From contig NW_005202427.1 in NCBI RefSeq assembly GCF_000372725.1, positions 1,152,459 to 1,216,458 of the forward strand: a stretch of 64,000 nt of DNA, written 5' to 3'. The first letter of the stretch is position 1. Each line of letters starts with the position of its first letter. A program made the translations under genes and the position numbers. Below the pieces are notes generated by a model. It was not told the origin of the DNA and did not search any database. It was given only the letters and a program-made list of their open reading frames with translations. Source of the stretch: Emiliania huxleyi CCMP1516 (lineage: Eukaryota). This document shows, one piece after another, positions 12,441-23,267 of this stretch.

Positions 12441-13685
12441 ATGATGAAGCTCTACCTCGCGATCGTCGCGTCGCTCCTCACGCCCGTCCAGTCGGCCCCG
12501 ACCCGCCGCCAGTTGGGCATCTCAGGTGACACTTGCGATGTTACGGCGTGCGAGACGGCGTGCGCGGCGGTTGGCAATCCGTATGGCCCGTACGCTGGTC
12601 GCGGATCGATGGAGACTTGTGTCCATGGCGACTCCGCGTACGGGCCACAAGTCGGATGCAAGGGCTGTGCTTACGTCGATGATGGCCCCTCCACCCCGCC
12701 CGCCCCCTCCACCCCCCCGCCTTCGCCGCCCGCCCCCCCCTCCACCCCTTCGCCACCTTCGATGCCGCCCTCCCCGTCCCCTCCGCCTTCTCCGCCGCCG
12801 TCCCCCGGCGCCCCCATTGGTGGCGGCGGCGGCGGCGGTGGCGACGATCCCTGCTTCTCCCGCGGCACGTACGCGTGCCGCCTCCTCGACCCCAAGGCGC
12901 GCTCCCTAGGCGGCGAGTCGGACTAGCGAGGCGCCCATTCACACCCGTGCCCCCCCCCCCCCCGGCCCCAGGCCCCCGCCGCCGAGGCGTACGCCCAGTG
13001 CTTCCTCGGTGCCGCCGGCGACGCGGCGACGCGCGCCCCCATGTCCGAGCTCGCCGCGGGCGACACCGTGCTCTCCGACGCGGACACCGCCGCGCGCGTC
13101 GTCGTCAACCAGCACAAGGTCGAGGACGGCAAGGCCTCGCTCCTCATCACGCTCACGCACGCGCGCGGCTCGCTCGCGCTCACGCCCGACCACGTGCTCG
13201 AGCTCGACGGCAAGTTCATGCCTGCGCGCGAGGCGCACGTCGGCGCGGCCCTCTCCAACGGCGCGGTCATCGAGGCCATCTCGCACTCGCGCGGCGGCAT
13301 CATCAACCCCATCACCGTCACCGGCAAGATCCTCGCGGCGGCCGCCACCGGCGAGCCCGTGCTCGCGGCGACGGGCAACGAGTGGCTCGCCGACGTGATG
13401 CTCTCGGCCTACCCGAAGTACACCCTCTCGTACGCGCTCGCGGCCGCCTTCCCCGCCGCGGTGCAGGCCTACTACGACGGCGCGCTCGAGCCGCTCTTCA
13501 CCGCGGCCGTCCCGCACCTCACCAAGATCAAGGCCGCCGCGCCGGCGCCGCTCGTCGGCGTCATTCTCGTGGCGGGCGACGCGGCGCTCGCCACCGGCTT
13601 CGCCGCCTACTCGCTCGGCCTCAAGGGCGTCGCCACTCTCGCCGTGATCGCCGTGGCGGCCGCGCGCAAGGGCAAGAAGCCGTGA
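12441..13685 (+). CDS. Secreted/membrane protein with Hedgehog-type Hint autoprocessing domain; intron 12897-12971 (GC-AG)
   Basis: Signal peptide MMKLYLAIVASLL, Cys-rich module, Pro/Gly linker, then DDP|CFS, MSELAAGDTVLS, LTPDHVL, INPITVTGKILA and a hydrophobic C-tail. Confidence 0.82.
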
Positions 13686-13749
13686 GGCGCGCGCGGCCTG
13701 GCCGTCGGAGGTTTGTACAGCCGCTGGGCGGCGCAATAGTTGCCTCCAC

Positions 13750-13958
13750 GTATCGGAGAGAGGAGAAGGGAGGTGCAAGGGGCGTGCTCTCGTTCTGGTA
13801 GTCCGCCTGCCTCCAGCATGTCGTATCGGAGAGAGGAGAGGAGAGGTGCAAGGGGCGTGCGCTCGTTCTGGTAGTCCGCCTGCCTCCAGCATGTCGGATC
13901 GGTCGGAGAGGAGAGGGGTGCAAGGGGCGTGCTCGTTCTGGTAGTCCGCCTGCCTCTG
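13750..13958 (+). repeat. About 60-bp tandem repeat x3 in 3' region (second copy about 16475-16682)
   Basis: GGTGCAAGGGGCGTGCTCGTTCTGGTAGTCCGCCTGCCTC repeated. Confidence 0.9.
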
Positions 13959-14288
13959 AGCCTGACGGCGCGATCTGGTCGTTTTGTACATCGTATGTAA
14001 ATGGTGAGTGCCACCTGCCACTGAGCACACGTTGTATTGTGTAAAGAGATAGTTCAGAAACGAGATATAGAGTTCTGAGTTGTAGCAACAGCCGGCAGGG
14101 GCGGTCACTTGGAGCACTTGGAGAGTGCAGTCGGCAACCACCAACCTCACATCCAGGGCCGGGGAGCTTGAGGAGCGCACCCAGCGAGCCGGATGATCGG
14201 CATCGGGCTACGGGCAGGAAAGCCCTGACCCCTAGGGGGGGGTGCGCGTTCGCAGGGCAAGGGCCTTAAAGTAAACATGGGTCTCCGA

Positions 14289-14487
14289 AATAAATAAATA
14301 AATAAAATGGGCACGCCAAACGAGGGGTGGGAGAGGGACAGGGTCCCCACCTGCACGAGCAGGATCTTGGAAGGACGATCAGGGACACAGGGGAACGGGA
14401 GCGGGGAGCGCATCGCGACACGGAGGGGGGCTGGGCAGGGTTCACCCACACGACAGGGTCCCAGGGATTCCTCTCTCGTATAGGACA
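14289..14487 (-). mobile_element. Short retroposon-like insertion with (TTTA)n tail and 10-bp TSD GGGTCTCCGA
   Basis: TSD copies at 14279-14288 and 14488-14497. The paralogous site 16988-16997 is empty. Confidence 0.8.
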
Positions 14488-15168
14488 GGGTCTCCGAGGG
14501 TTGGCTCCGCGCGGGGCGTCACATTTTTCTTCAGGTTCCCGTTTGCGACATGTTCCCCTCGCTCGAGCTCGGTCAACTTCGCCGGGCATCGCCTACACCA
14601 CTTGGTCTCTACCACAACGCCACAGGTCCAGCTTGTGCCCGCCCCGCCCGCGGCGCGGCGAGCCTCTCTGCGCACCACTCCAGATACGGGCTCTCGCCCT
14701 GGCCGCGCGCCGCCCTTTTGCCTCGCGAGACAGCGCACGTCAGCCGGAGAGCGCTCCGCCCGACGCCCGCGCTGACCTTGACCCTGCTGCTCCTGCCTCT
14801 GCTCCGCAGGTGTGGGTCGACGGCGCGGAGCAGCGGCCGCCCGCCCGCGTCCCCCGCCCCCGCCCGCCCGCCCCCGCCACGCCGCTGCATGCGCGCCGCC
14901 GCCCCGATGTCCCACACCCTCGCCGGCGGCGCGCCATCTCTGCGCGCCGCCGCCTCCTCCCCTCCACCCACACTGCGCCGCCTGCGCTTGGGCGCGTCGC
15001 TCGAGTGCCCTCACCGCCTGCCCCCCTCCGCTCGCAGGTGCGGCCACGGCCGGTCGAGCAGTCCCTCGCGCCGCGCCCCCTCATCCTGCCTCGCCAGCCA
15101 CCACGCCGCCGTGCGACCACACCCTACCACCGCTTGCGCCCCCCGTTCGCAGGTCAGTGAACGCGGTC

Positions 15169-16355
15169 ATGATGATGCTTACCTCCGCGATCCTCGCGCT
15201 CGCCGCCTCTGCCGCCGGCCAGGAGAAGCCCGGCCACGAGCTCCTCTTTGCCGACATTCCGGCGGACGTGTGCTGGAGCCAGACCGACTGCGAGCCCGCG
15301 GTGAAGGTCTTCAAGGACGGCACCGTGATGTTGGGACTCTACCACTTCTTCTGGGGAGGTACGACCCATGCATTGATGGGCATGTACAACAAGGCTGTGG
15401 CCGGATCGACCCACACGGCGATGGGCATGTGGAACACGGTTATGGCCGGATCGACCCATACGGCGATGGGCATGTGGAACACGGTTATGGGCGGAATGGC
15501 CCATACGGTGATGGGCTGGAACAACACGATTATGGGCGGGACGGCCGCGACCGTGATGGGTTACAAAACGGTCGCCACTGGAGGTATGGCCCAGACCGCG
15601 ATGGGTTACGAGACGAATGCGATTGGCATGGCTTCTTTGTCGACGGGTTACAAGACGGCGGCGTTTGACATGGCGGTTTCGATGGGAAACGGCACGTTGG
15701 CAAAGGGCATTTCCTCGGTGCCCCCCCCCCCCCCCCCCCGCCCCAAACCTGGGGCCCCACACCTCACCCCCTGCCCGCCTTTTTGCCCGCTGCAGGTCTC
15801 GATGGGCCCCAAGACCCAAGCAGAAAGTTTTGCGGAGGTTCCCCCCCCCCCCCCCCCCCACCCCCCTTCAAGCAGCGTGGCCTGCACAGCTGCCCTAACC
15901 TCCCCTCCCCTCCCCTCTCAATGAAGGTAGTGATCGGTCAGTTCAACGAGCGCAATCCCATCGGCGAATGCGACCAGTTTGGACCCGGCAAACCCTACCC
16001 GGGCCCGGCGCCCGAGGGTTGCGCCTCGAGGGGCTGGCCCGAGCGCCTCGAGGGTTTCGAGATGGACATCAACGGCACGATGGTCACGGTGCCCGCGGCG
16101 TGGCAAGGCTACGATGCGGTCTTCCGCGTGGGTGTCGGCACCGGCGAATCCGACCGCAAGGACGCGATCACTGTGTACAAGAACGGCACCGTCGTCATCG
16201 GTGACCTCCGCACCCCCGGCCCTGGCCGCCGCCTCTCCGCCTCCGACGGCGCGCTCGAGAAGAAGCTCGAGGCGACGGAGAAGAAGCTCGAGGCGACGGA
16301 GAAGAAGCTCGCCGCGCTGGAGGCGGCAGTCATGGCGCTCACGCGCAACCCGTGA
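15169..16355 (+). CDS. Secreted protein with YadA-head/Hep-Hag-like repeats and C-terminal coiled coil; introns 15718-15795 and 15838-15926
   Basis: Signal peptide, 14-aa repeats (T.MG..NT..GG, AMGYETNAIG, SMGNGTLAKG), VIGQFN, VFRVGVGT.ESDRKDAITVYKNG, (LEATEKK)n. Confidence 0.75.
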
Positions 16356-17442
16356 GAGCGCTGGCCTGGACGTGATCGCCGTGGCGGCCGCGCGCAAGGG
16401 CAAGAAGCCGTGAGGCGCGCGCGGCCTGGCCGTCGGAGGTCTGTAGCCGCTGGCAATAGTTGCCATGTGTATGGGAGAGAGGAGAGGAGAGGTGCAAGGG
16501 GCGTGCTCTCGTTCTGGTAGTCCGCCTGCCTCCAGCATGTCGTATCGGAGAGAGGAGAGGAGAGGTCAGAGGTGCAAGGGGCGTGCGCTCGTTCTGGTAG
16601 TCCGCCTGCCTCCAGCATGTCGGATCGGTCGGAGAGGAGAGGGGTGCAAGGGGCGTGCTCGTTCTGGTAGTCCGCCTGCCTCTGAGCCTGACGGCGCGAT
16701 CTGGTCGTTTTGTACATCGTATGTAAATGGTGAGTGCCACTGAGCACAGCCTGTATTGTGTAAAGAGATAGTTCAGATACGAGATATAGAGTTCTGAGTT
16801 GTAGCAACAGCCGGCAGGGGCGGTCACTTGGAGCACTTGGAGTGCAGTCGGCAACCTCACATCCGGGGCCGGGGAGCTGAGGAGCGCACCCAGCGAGCCG
16901 GATGATCGGCATCGGGCTACGGGCAGGAAAGCCCTGACCCCTAGGGGGGGGTGCGCGTTCGCAGGGCAAGGGCCTTAAAGTAAACATGGGTCTCCGAGGG
17001 TTGGCTCCGCGCGGGGCGTCACATTTTTCTTCAGGTTCCCGTTTGCGACATGTTCCCCTCGCTCGAGCTCGGTCAACTTCGCCGGGCATCGCCTACACCA
17101 CTTGGTCTCTACCACAACGCCACAGGTCCAGCTTGTGCCCGAGATAGAGTTGTAGCAACACAAAAACATAGAGATAAGAGAACGCCAGCAACCCTATGAT
17201 TCATCATTCAACCCAAACAAGGGATGGGAAGGAGGACAGGGCCTCACAGAGGATTACGCCACAGTGTCGTTTGAGTCGACAGTAAATCTCCCACAGCCCA
17301 CGTAAATCCGTCTTTTTCAGACACCCGGAGCCCTCCGCGGCCGCTTCTACGCCGGCGAAGCACCATCAAGCTGCTGTACGGCCCCGGCATCGCCTCCCCT
17401 GGCTTAGCTCTCAGTCAAGATATTGTGCACATGGGTGGCCTC

Positions 17443-20086
17443 CGTCCGGCCGTGCCCCGCGGGGGCGCGGTCGGCACCAGAAGGGGGTTGATACGTTCTC
17501 TAGAGACGACGTAGTCGTGGACGGCCGCAATCACAATGGACGGACACGACGAGACGAGTGTGAAAGCACGGAGGCAACAAAACACACTAGGGTTCGGGAG
17601 AAGGCTAGGGTTAGGGAGAGAGTGCCTGACGGGCTTCGGCCCGACGTCCCCCCCCTCGACTTAGTCGAGTAACGACATAGTCGAGTAACCGTGCACTCTC
17701 GGATCACGATGCGTTAGGGAACGTGATGTTCATGACCGGAGATTTGATGTTCATGATCTTGTCACGAAGCTCGAAGAACCGTTTGGGCTTGAGCGGCTTC
17801 GTGAAGAAGTCGGCGAGGTTGGCGTCGCTACGCACGAAGGGGACGCAGAGGCGGTGCGCCTCGATGGCCTCGCGGATGTAGAAGTGGCGTCGCTCGACGT
17901 GCTTGAGCTTGCCATGGTGCTCCGGGTTGTAGGCGGAGGCGATGGCGGCCTGGTTGTCGACGTAAAGCTTCGTCGGCGGGCGCGGGGAGCCATCGGGGAG
18001 CGCGTCGACCTCCTCCTGCAGACGCCGGTACTGCTCGACGTCCTTGGTCGCCTCCGAGGCGGACATGATCTCGGCCTGGCAGGAAGAGAGGGAGACGGTG
18101 GGTTGCTGTTGAACCCTCCAGTCAAGCGTGGCGCCCCACAGGCGGACGAGCCAGCCAGACGTGGATCGACGGGCCGACCAGTCGGCGTCGCTGAAGGCGT
18201 GGAGCTCGTCGTCGGCGGCCGACTCGCCCCGACCGTTGTAGGTAAGACCAAGGTCAGGGTACTCGCGGAGGTAGCACAGGACGCAGTACACCTCCTCGAA
18301 CAGAGCGGGTGTGGGCTTCGCCATGGCCCGGCAGAGGAGGCCGACGGGGAGCGCGATGTCGGGGCGCGTGTTCGAGACGAGGTAGAGAAGAGCCCCGAGG
18401 CAGCTCTGGAAGAGGCGGACGACGCGCAGCTCCCTCTCGCTGGTGTCGTCGGTGGCCGCTTGAACTCGCTCTGCGATGCTGAGGGTGAACGGCGTGTTGT
18501 TGGAGTGACGGGCGCCGGGCTCGGCGGGGTTCGGGAGCTCGGCGATGATCTGGTCGAGGTACTCGTCGAGGAGCTTGCGCACGTACGGCCCCTGCCCGAC
18601 GTGAACACCGCCCTCGGCGAGTGGGGTGACCTGGACGTTGAGGATGTCGGAGAGCGGGCCCTCGTCCTCAGATTTCCACGAGGCGTCGATGTCGCGAACG
18701 AACTGCGCGTAGAGCGAGTCGGAGACAAGAGCCCCCTCGGCGTCGTACTCGGCGTCGCGCTTGTAGAAGATGATGAGATCGTCGACGTAGACTCCGATGA
18801 TGAGCTCGTCGTCCTCAGTGGTGATGCGGTAGATGCAGGGGTCCTCCTTGGACGGGATGAGGCCGGCGCCTCCTTCGTCGCGGGGACGCTCGAGCCAAGC
18901 AAAGAAAGCGCGCTGGAAGCGCCGCCCCGCCTGCTTCATGCCGTAGAGGGGCTTGAGGATGAGGCAGAGCTTGGGCTTGCCGTTCTCGTCGAGAGCGTTG
19001 GCGTGGCCGGCGGGCTGATGCATGAAGGCGATCTCGCCGTCCTCGAGAACTCCCTGGAGGAAGGCGGCGACAAGGTCGCGCCTACGAGCCTTGAGCCCGC
19101 GGCGGGCAGCAATGTTGAGAAGGAGGCGAAGGGAGGGCATGCGCAGGGTGGAGCAGAACGTCTGGTTGTAGTTCTCGCCGAACCTCTGGCTGGACCCGTC
19201 GAGACAGCAGCGGGCTTTGTGTTTGCCATTTCGCTTGGTCTTGTAGACCCAAGTGGCACGAGTGGTAGTGAACTCTTTGCCGTGCTGCAGGGCGATTCGT
19301 CGGGCCTCGGCGTAGGTGACGTAGCACCATGTGGAGCCGGCCTCGACGCACTCCTCCATGGTGCACTGGCCACGGATGAAGCGCTCGACAAAGCGGGGAT
19401 CGTCTGCTTTCCCGCTATGGTTGCCAAGCTCCTCGAGCTCGGCGGTGAACCAGGCTGCGTCGCCTCGTTGCGCGTCCTGTCGCATGGCTTGCCCGTGGCC
19501 GGATGGATCGCGCGGTCCGGCAGAGGTACGTGCAGCCAAGATGTGGAGCCCGGGTCGGGGGTGGCCAAATTTCACGATGGCACCAGAGGCAGGTGTGAGG
19601 CCTCTGTCGAGGGCGGCGTTGACAGGAAAGTCACTGTCGGAGCAATGTCTGAGCCTCCCGGGAGTACTCGAGGCATCGCCGACAGAGGGGTCGGGGGTGG
19701 AGCCGGCACGGCGTCCGACGACCCCGTGGTGCTCTGGCTTCTTCAGAAGCGGCTTTTGCGATGACTGCGACATCTTTGGCGGGGACCTCTCCGAGGCTCC
19801 CCGCCATCGATTCGCCGGCCATATCTGGGATAGCGTGAAGGGACTCCCCCAAAGTGCTGGTCGTGACCAGTTGACGCTGCCACGTCCGGCCGTGCCCCGC
19901 GGGGGCGCGGTCGGCACCAGAAGGGGGTTGATACGTTCTCTAGAGACGACGTAGTCGTGGACGGCCGCAATCACAATGGACGGACACGACGAGACGAGTG
20001 TGAAAGCACGGAGGCAACAAAACACACTAGGGTTCGGGAGAAGGCTAGGGTTAGGGAGAGAGTGCCTGACGGGCTTCGGCCCGACG
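17443..20086 (-). mobile_element. Ty1/copia LTR retrotransposon, internally deleted, 2644 bp
   Basis: Identical 204-bp LTRs (17443-17646, 19883-20086), 5-bp TSD GCCTC (17438-17442, 20087-20091), TGG-initiated PBS-like site after the 5' LTR, GAGGGGGGG PPT before the 3' LTR. Confidence 0.95.
17704..19773 (-). CDS. Copia reverse transcriptase-RNase H ORF
   Basis: KAR, DL..AFLQG, LYGMKQAGR, YVDDL, FSDADW, RRSTSG, SSCQAE, YVDNQAAI, KHVERRHFYIRE, NLADFFTKPL. Start approximate (MSQSSQ). Confidence 0.93.
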   Translation of the reverse strand: MSQSSQKPLLKKPEHHGVVGRRAGSTPDPSVGDASSTPGRLRHCSDSDFPVNAALDRGLTPASGAIVKFGHPRPGLHILAARTSAGPRDPSGHGQAMRQDAQRGDAAWFTAELEELGNHSGKADDPRFVERFIRGQCTMEECVEAGSTWCYVTYAEARRIALQHGKEFTTTRATWVYKTKRNGKHKARCCLDGSSQRFGENYNQTFCSTLRMPSLRLLLNIAARRGLKARRRDLVAAFLQGVLEDGEIAFMHQPAGHANALDENGKPKLCLILKPLYGMKQAGRRFQRAFFAWLERPRDEGGAGLIPSKEDPCIYRITTEDDELIIGVYVDDLIIFYKRDAEYDAEGALVSDSLYAQFVRDIDASWKSEDEGPLSDILNVQVTPLAEGGVHVGQGPYVRKLLDEYLDQIIAELPNPAEPGARHSNNTPFTLSIAERVQAATDDTSERELRVVRLFQSCLGALLYLVSNTRPDIALPVGLLCRAMAKPTPALFEEVYCVLCYLREYPDLGLTYNGRGESAADDELHAFSDADWSARRSTSGWLVRLWGATLDWRVQQQPTVSLSSCQAEIMSASEATKDVEQYRRLQEEVDALPDGSPRPPTKLYVDNQAAIASAYNPEHHGKLKHVERRHFYIREAIEAHRLCVPFVRSDANLADFFTKPLKPKRFFELRDKIMNIKSPVMNITFPNAS

Positions 20087-20091
20087 GCCTC

Positions 20092-20898
20092 TACAATATA
20101 CTCACTGACACTGAACCTCCCAGAGCTCGTCCCGGTCCGTCACGGCCATCCTCGTCCTCCGGCGGGCCCCCGGCCGCGGCGCGGTGCGGCGGCGTCACAA
20201 ATCCGACCACAGAGCACCGGGACGCGGTCGGGCGATCTGAGGCCCAAGTAGGCGAATGCATAGCCCATCCAGGGCTATCACCTGGACCTATCAACAGGCG
20301 CCTGCGGCGCCGTGCTCAGGAGTTGGTTTTCACTCGCTCGAATGTGTGCCACCATGTTTGTCAAGCGCCTCTTCATGCTCCGCCACGTCGCGCCGTACCT
20401 CGTCGGCACTGCTTAAATGATCGCCGACGTCTTCACCAAGACGCAGGCGACGCGAGCTATGTTCTTCACCTGTCGCGACTACATGCTCAACGCCAGCAAC
20501 GGCCCCGGCTTTGCTGTGACGCTCCAGGGGCAGGCTGCCCGGCTGTGGAGCAAGCTCGTCGCGACCGTCGGCAAGGCGTGAGTCATCACCCCTTCGCCGA
20601 AGACGCGCGAGTCGTCCGAGATAGTTGCCGATGCAACTAGGGGGGAGCGTTAGAGACGACTCTCTCTCTCCCAACTGTGAACAGTCGTTATCTGTATATG
20701 CGCAGCTATTCATAGCCGCGCCTGTTGTTTGTGTGTGTATCCGCGCTCTTGGCGCGATTACGAGACTGAGTAGTGTGTCGCACTAGTTGTACTTTTCGTA
20801 ATAGTATTCCGCATTCATTGCGAGGGCGGACCACTCCTAGCGTGCAGACCGCGGGAGCTGGTGCCGCGGCCAGTGTAGACCTGTCCTGCGCTGTGACG
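20092..20898 (+). mobile_element. Degenerate older copia remnant (RNase H end, PPT, probable LTR)
   Basis: ...VAPYLVGTA*MIADVFTK at about 20385-20440; AGGGGGGAG at 20639-20647 followed by CGTTA...TGACG. Confidence 0.6.
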
Positions 20899-20941
20899 CG
20901 GTCAGCTTGAACGGATTCTTTCTGCTGCTTTACGCCGTACG

Positions 20942-22291
20942 ATGCTGCGCGCGAACGACTTTTGGGACAAGGAGAAGGGCGCGCCGCTTCTGCGACGCAA
21001 CGCGGAGTTCCTCCCCAAGGGCGAGCCGCTCCCCGCCGAGCTGGCCGACCGCGTCGCCGCGTGGCCCGGCCTCTGCGGTGCTGACGCCGAGGCCCGCCCT
21101 CGCCTCCCGCGGGCCGAGCGGGCCAACGCCAGAGCGAAGCGTGCGCTGAGCGCGCGCGGCCCGTCGGCGGCAGGTGGACCCGCCGCTCGAGCCGAGCGCC
21201 CCGGACGAGGCGGCGGACCGCATCTTCCTCCGCGATGCCGAGCGGACCTTTGCCGACGAGGGCCACCGGCAGCGCATGATCGGGCTGCTCGGCCGCGTCT
21301 GGCCGTTGACCAAGGACTACCACCAGGGCCTCGGCTACATCGCCTCGCTGCTGCTGCTGCTCTTCGACGAAGAGACCGCCTTCCGCATGCTGCTCCGCAT
21401 CGGCCGCGACGACAAGTACTCCCCCGGCTACTGGCACGCGGCGCCCGACGCGTACGTGCGGGACGCGATGGTCTACGCGCGGCTGGCGGAGGAGCGGGAG
21501 CCGGAGGTCGCCGCGCTGCTGCAGCAGGCGTGCCTCGTCCCCGAGGCGTACGCCTCCAAGTGGCTCATCGGGCTCTGCGTGCACGTCCTCCCCTTCCGAG
21601 CGCTGTTCGACTACGTCGAGGCGTCCCTCGAGCTCGGGCGCGCCCTTCTCGAGCCTTCTCGGAGCCTGCTCCGAGCCTTCTCGGAGCCTCCCTTAGGCGT
21701 TCCTCGAGCACGGGCACGCCTTCTTTTTCCGCTTTTCCCTGGGGGTCTTCGGCCGCAACAAAGAGAAGCTCCTCGCCTTCAAGCCGACGGACGTCAACCT
21801 CATCCTGGAGGTGCCCTTTCAACCCCGGGGGCCCGGAGCCCCTAACCCTCAACCCCCCCCCCCCCCCGTGACAAACCCCCCTCCTCCCTCCCTGCCCCCT
21901 CCTCCCTCCCTGCCCCCTCCTCCCTCCCTGCCCCCTCCTCCCTCCCTGCCTCCTCCTCCCTCCCGCCCGGCGTCCGACCGCGGCCACCTCCCGGGCGTCC
22001 CTCCCCCTCCCCCCCTCCCCCCCCTCCCCCTACCTCCCCTCCGGCCGCCAGGTGCTGCGCCTCGACCAGTGCCAGTACGGCGACGAGCTCGAGGCGGAGA
22101 GCGGCTGGTTCTCGTCGCTGGTCGCGGAGGCGAAGGAGGTCGACCTCGAGGCGGAGCAGCTGCAGGCGCTGCGGGCGGAGGAGGCGGAGAGGCTCGCCGA
22201 GAAGCAGCGCCGCATCCGGGAGCGCGAGGCGCAGATGGCGGCGGAGGAGAGCGACGACGAGATCGTCTTTAGCGACGAGGAGGACGACTGA
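20942..22291 (+). CDS. TBC-domain Rab GTPase-activating protein, multi-exon
   Basis: IFLRDAERTF (Arg finger), YHQGLGYIASLLL (Gln finger), YASKWLIGL, acidic C-terminus. Confidence 0.88.
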
Positions 22292-22432
22292 GGCGGGCGC
22301 GCCCGCGGCACGTGCTCACGTGCGGCCTCGCTGCCGCTTCGCCGGGGGCGGCCCGGAGCACGCACGCGTCTAGCAATCGGGGGGAGGCGCGAGGGGCCGC
22401 CTCTCGCACCGACTTGCCTGGAGGCGGTGCAG

Positions 22433-22475
22433 GTAAGGTTAGGTAAGGTAAACGTCTCCACACACACACAAAGTC
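22433..22475 (-). mobile_element. 5'-truncated copy of (TTACC)n-tailed SINE/LINE-end family
   Basis: Minus strand reads GTGTGTGTGGAGACGTTTACCTTACC, matching 44341-44382. Confidence 0.75.
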
Positions 22476-22499
22476 GTGCAGACTAGTTGCAAAAAAAGT

Positions 22500-23267
22500 C
22501 TGTGGTGCACAACCTCGCCCTCACCGCCGACGGCAGCGTCTGGAGCGCTGGGGCCATATGGACACCGGGGCAAGCTGGGCCACGGCGACGAGCAGAACCA
22601 GCTGCTGCCGAAGAAGATCGAGGCCTTGGCGGGTCAGCGCGTCCTCGCTGTGTCAGCAGGGCAGGAGCACAGCATGGCAGTCACCGCCGACGGCGCCGTC
22701 TGGAGCTGGGGCTTTGGCGAGGATGGCAAGCTGGGCCACGGCGACCTGCAGGTCCAGCTGCTGCCCAAGAAGATCGAGGCCTTGGCGGGGCGGCGCGTCG
22801 TCGCTGCATCCGCTGGAGCGCACGACAGCTTCGCCATCACCGCCGAGGGCGGTGTCTGGAGCTGGGGCTGGGGCCACTCCGGCCTGGGCCACGGTGGCGT
22901 GCAGAACCAGCTCCTGCCCAAGAAGATCGACGCCTTTGCTGGCCAGCGCGTCGTCGCTGTGTCGGCTGGAGACATCCACAGCATCGCTCTCACCGCCGAC
23001 GGCAGCATCTGGAGCTGGGGTGAGGGATTCTTTGGCCCGTTGGGCCACGGCGACCAGCAGATCCAGCTACTGCCGAAGAAGATTGAGGCCTTGGCTGGGC
23101 GGCGCGTCGTCGCCGTGTCGGCTGGATCCACCCATAGCCTCGCCTTCACCGCCGATGGAAGCTTCTGGAGCTGGGGCCATGGAGCCTATGGTCGATTGGG
23201 ACAAGGAGAAGACCTGTCGAACCAGCTGCGGCCCAAAAAGATCGAGGCGTGGCGGCTGGGGCAGTGA
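22500..23267 (+). pseudogene. RCC1-repeat paralog, 5'-truncated, with a degenerate first repeat
   Basis: About 4.5 RCC1 repeats similar to 6575-7792; begins mid-repeat without ATG context, just after a retroposon tail. Confidence 0.7.

Larger units (their letters stand above)
11795..17140 (+). repeat. Tandem segmental duplication: about 2.5-2.7 kb gene frame x2 plus start of a third unit
   Basis: About 11920-12360 matches 14630-15080, 13643-14288 matches 16371-16997, and 14488-14640 matches 16988-17140. Confidence 0.92.

Noticed and set aside
19873..19882. Copia PBS primed by the tRNA-Leu in this window
   Set aside because: The PBS reads TGGCAGCGTC, whereas this tRNA would require TGGTGTCGAG.
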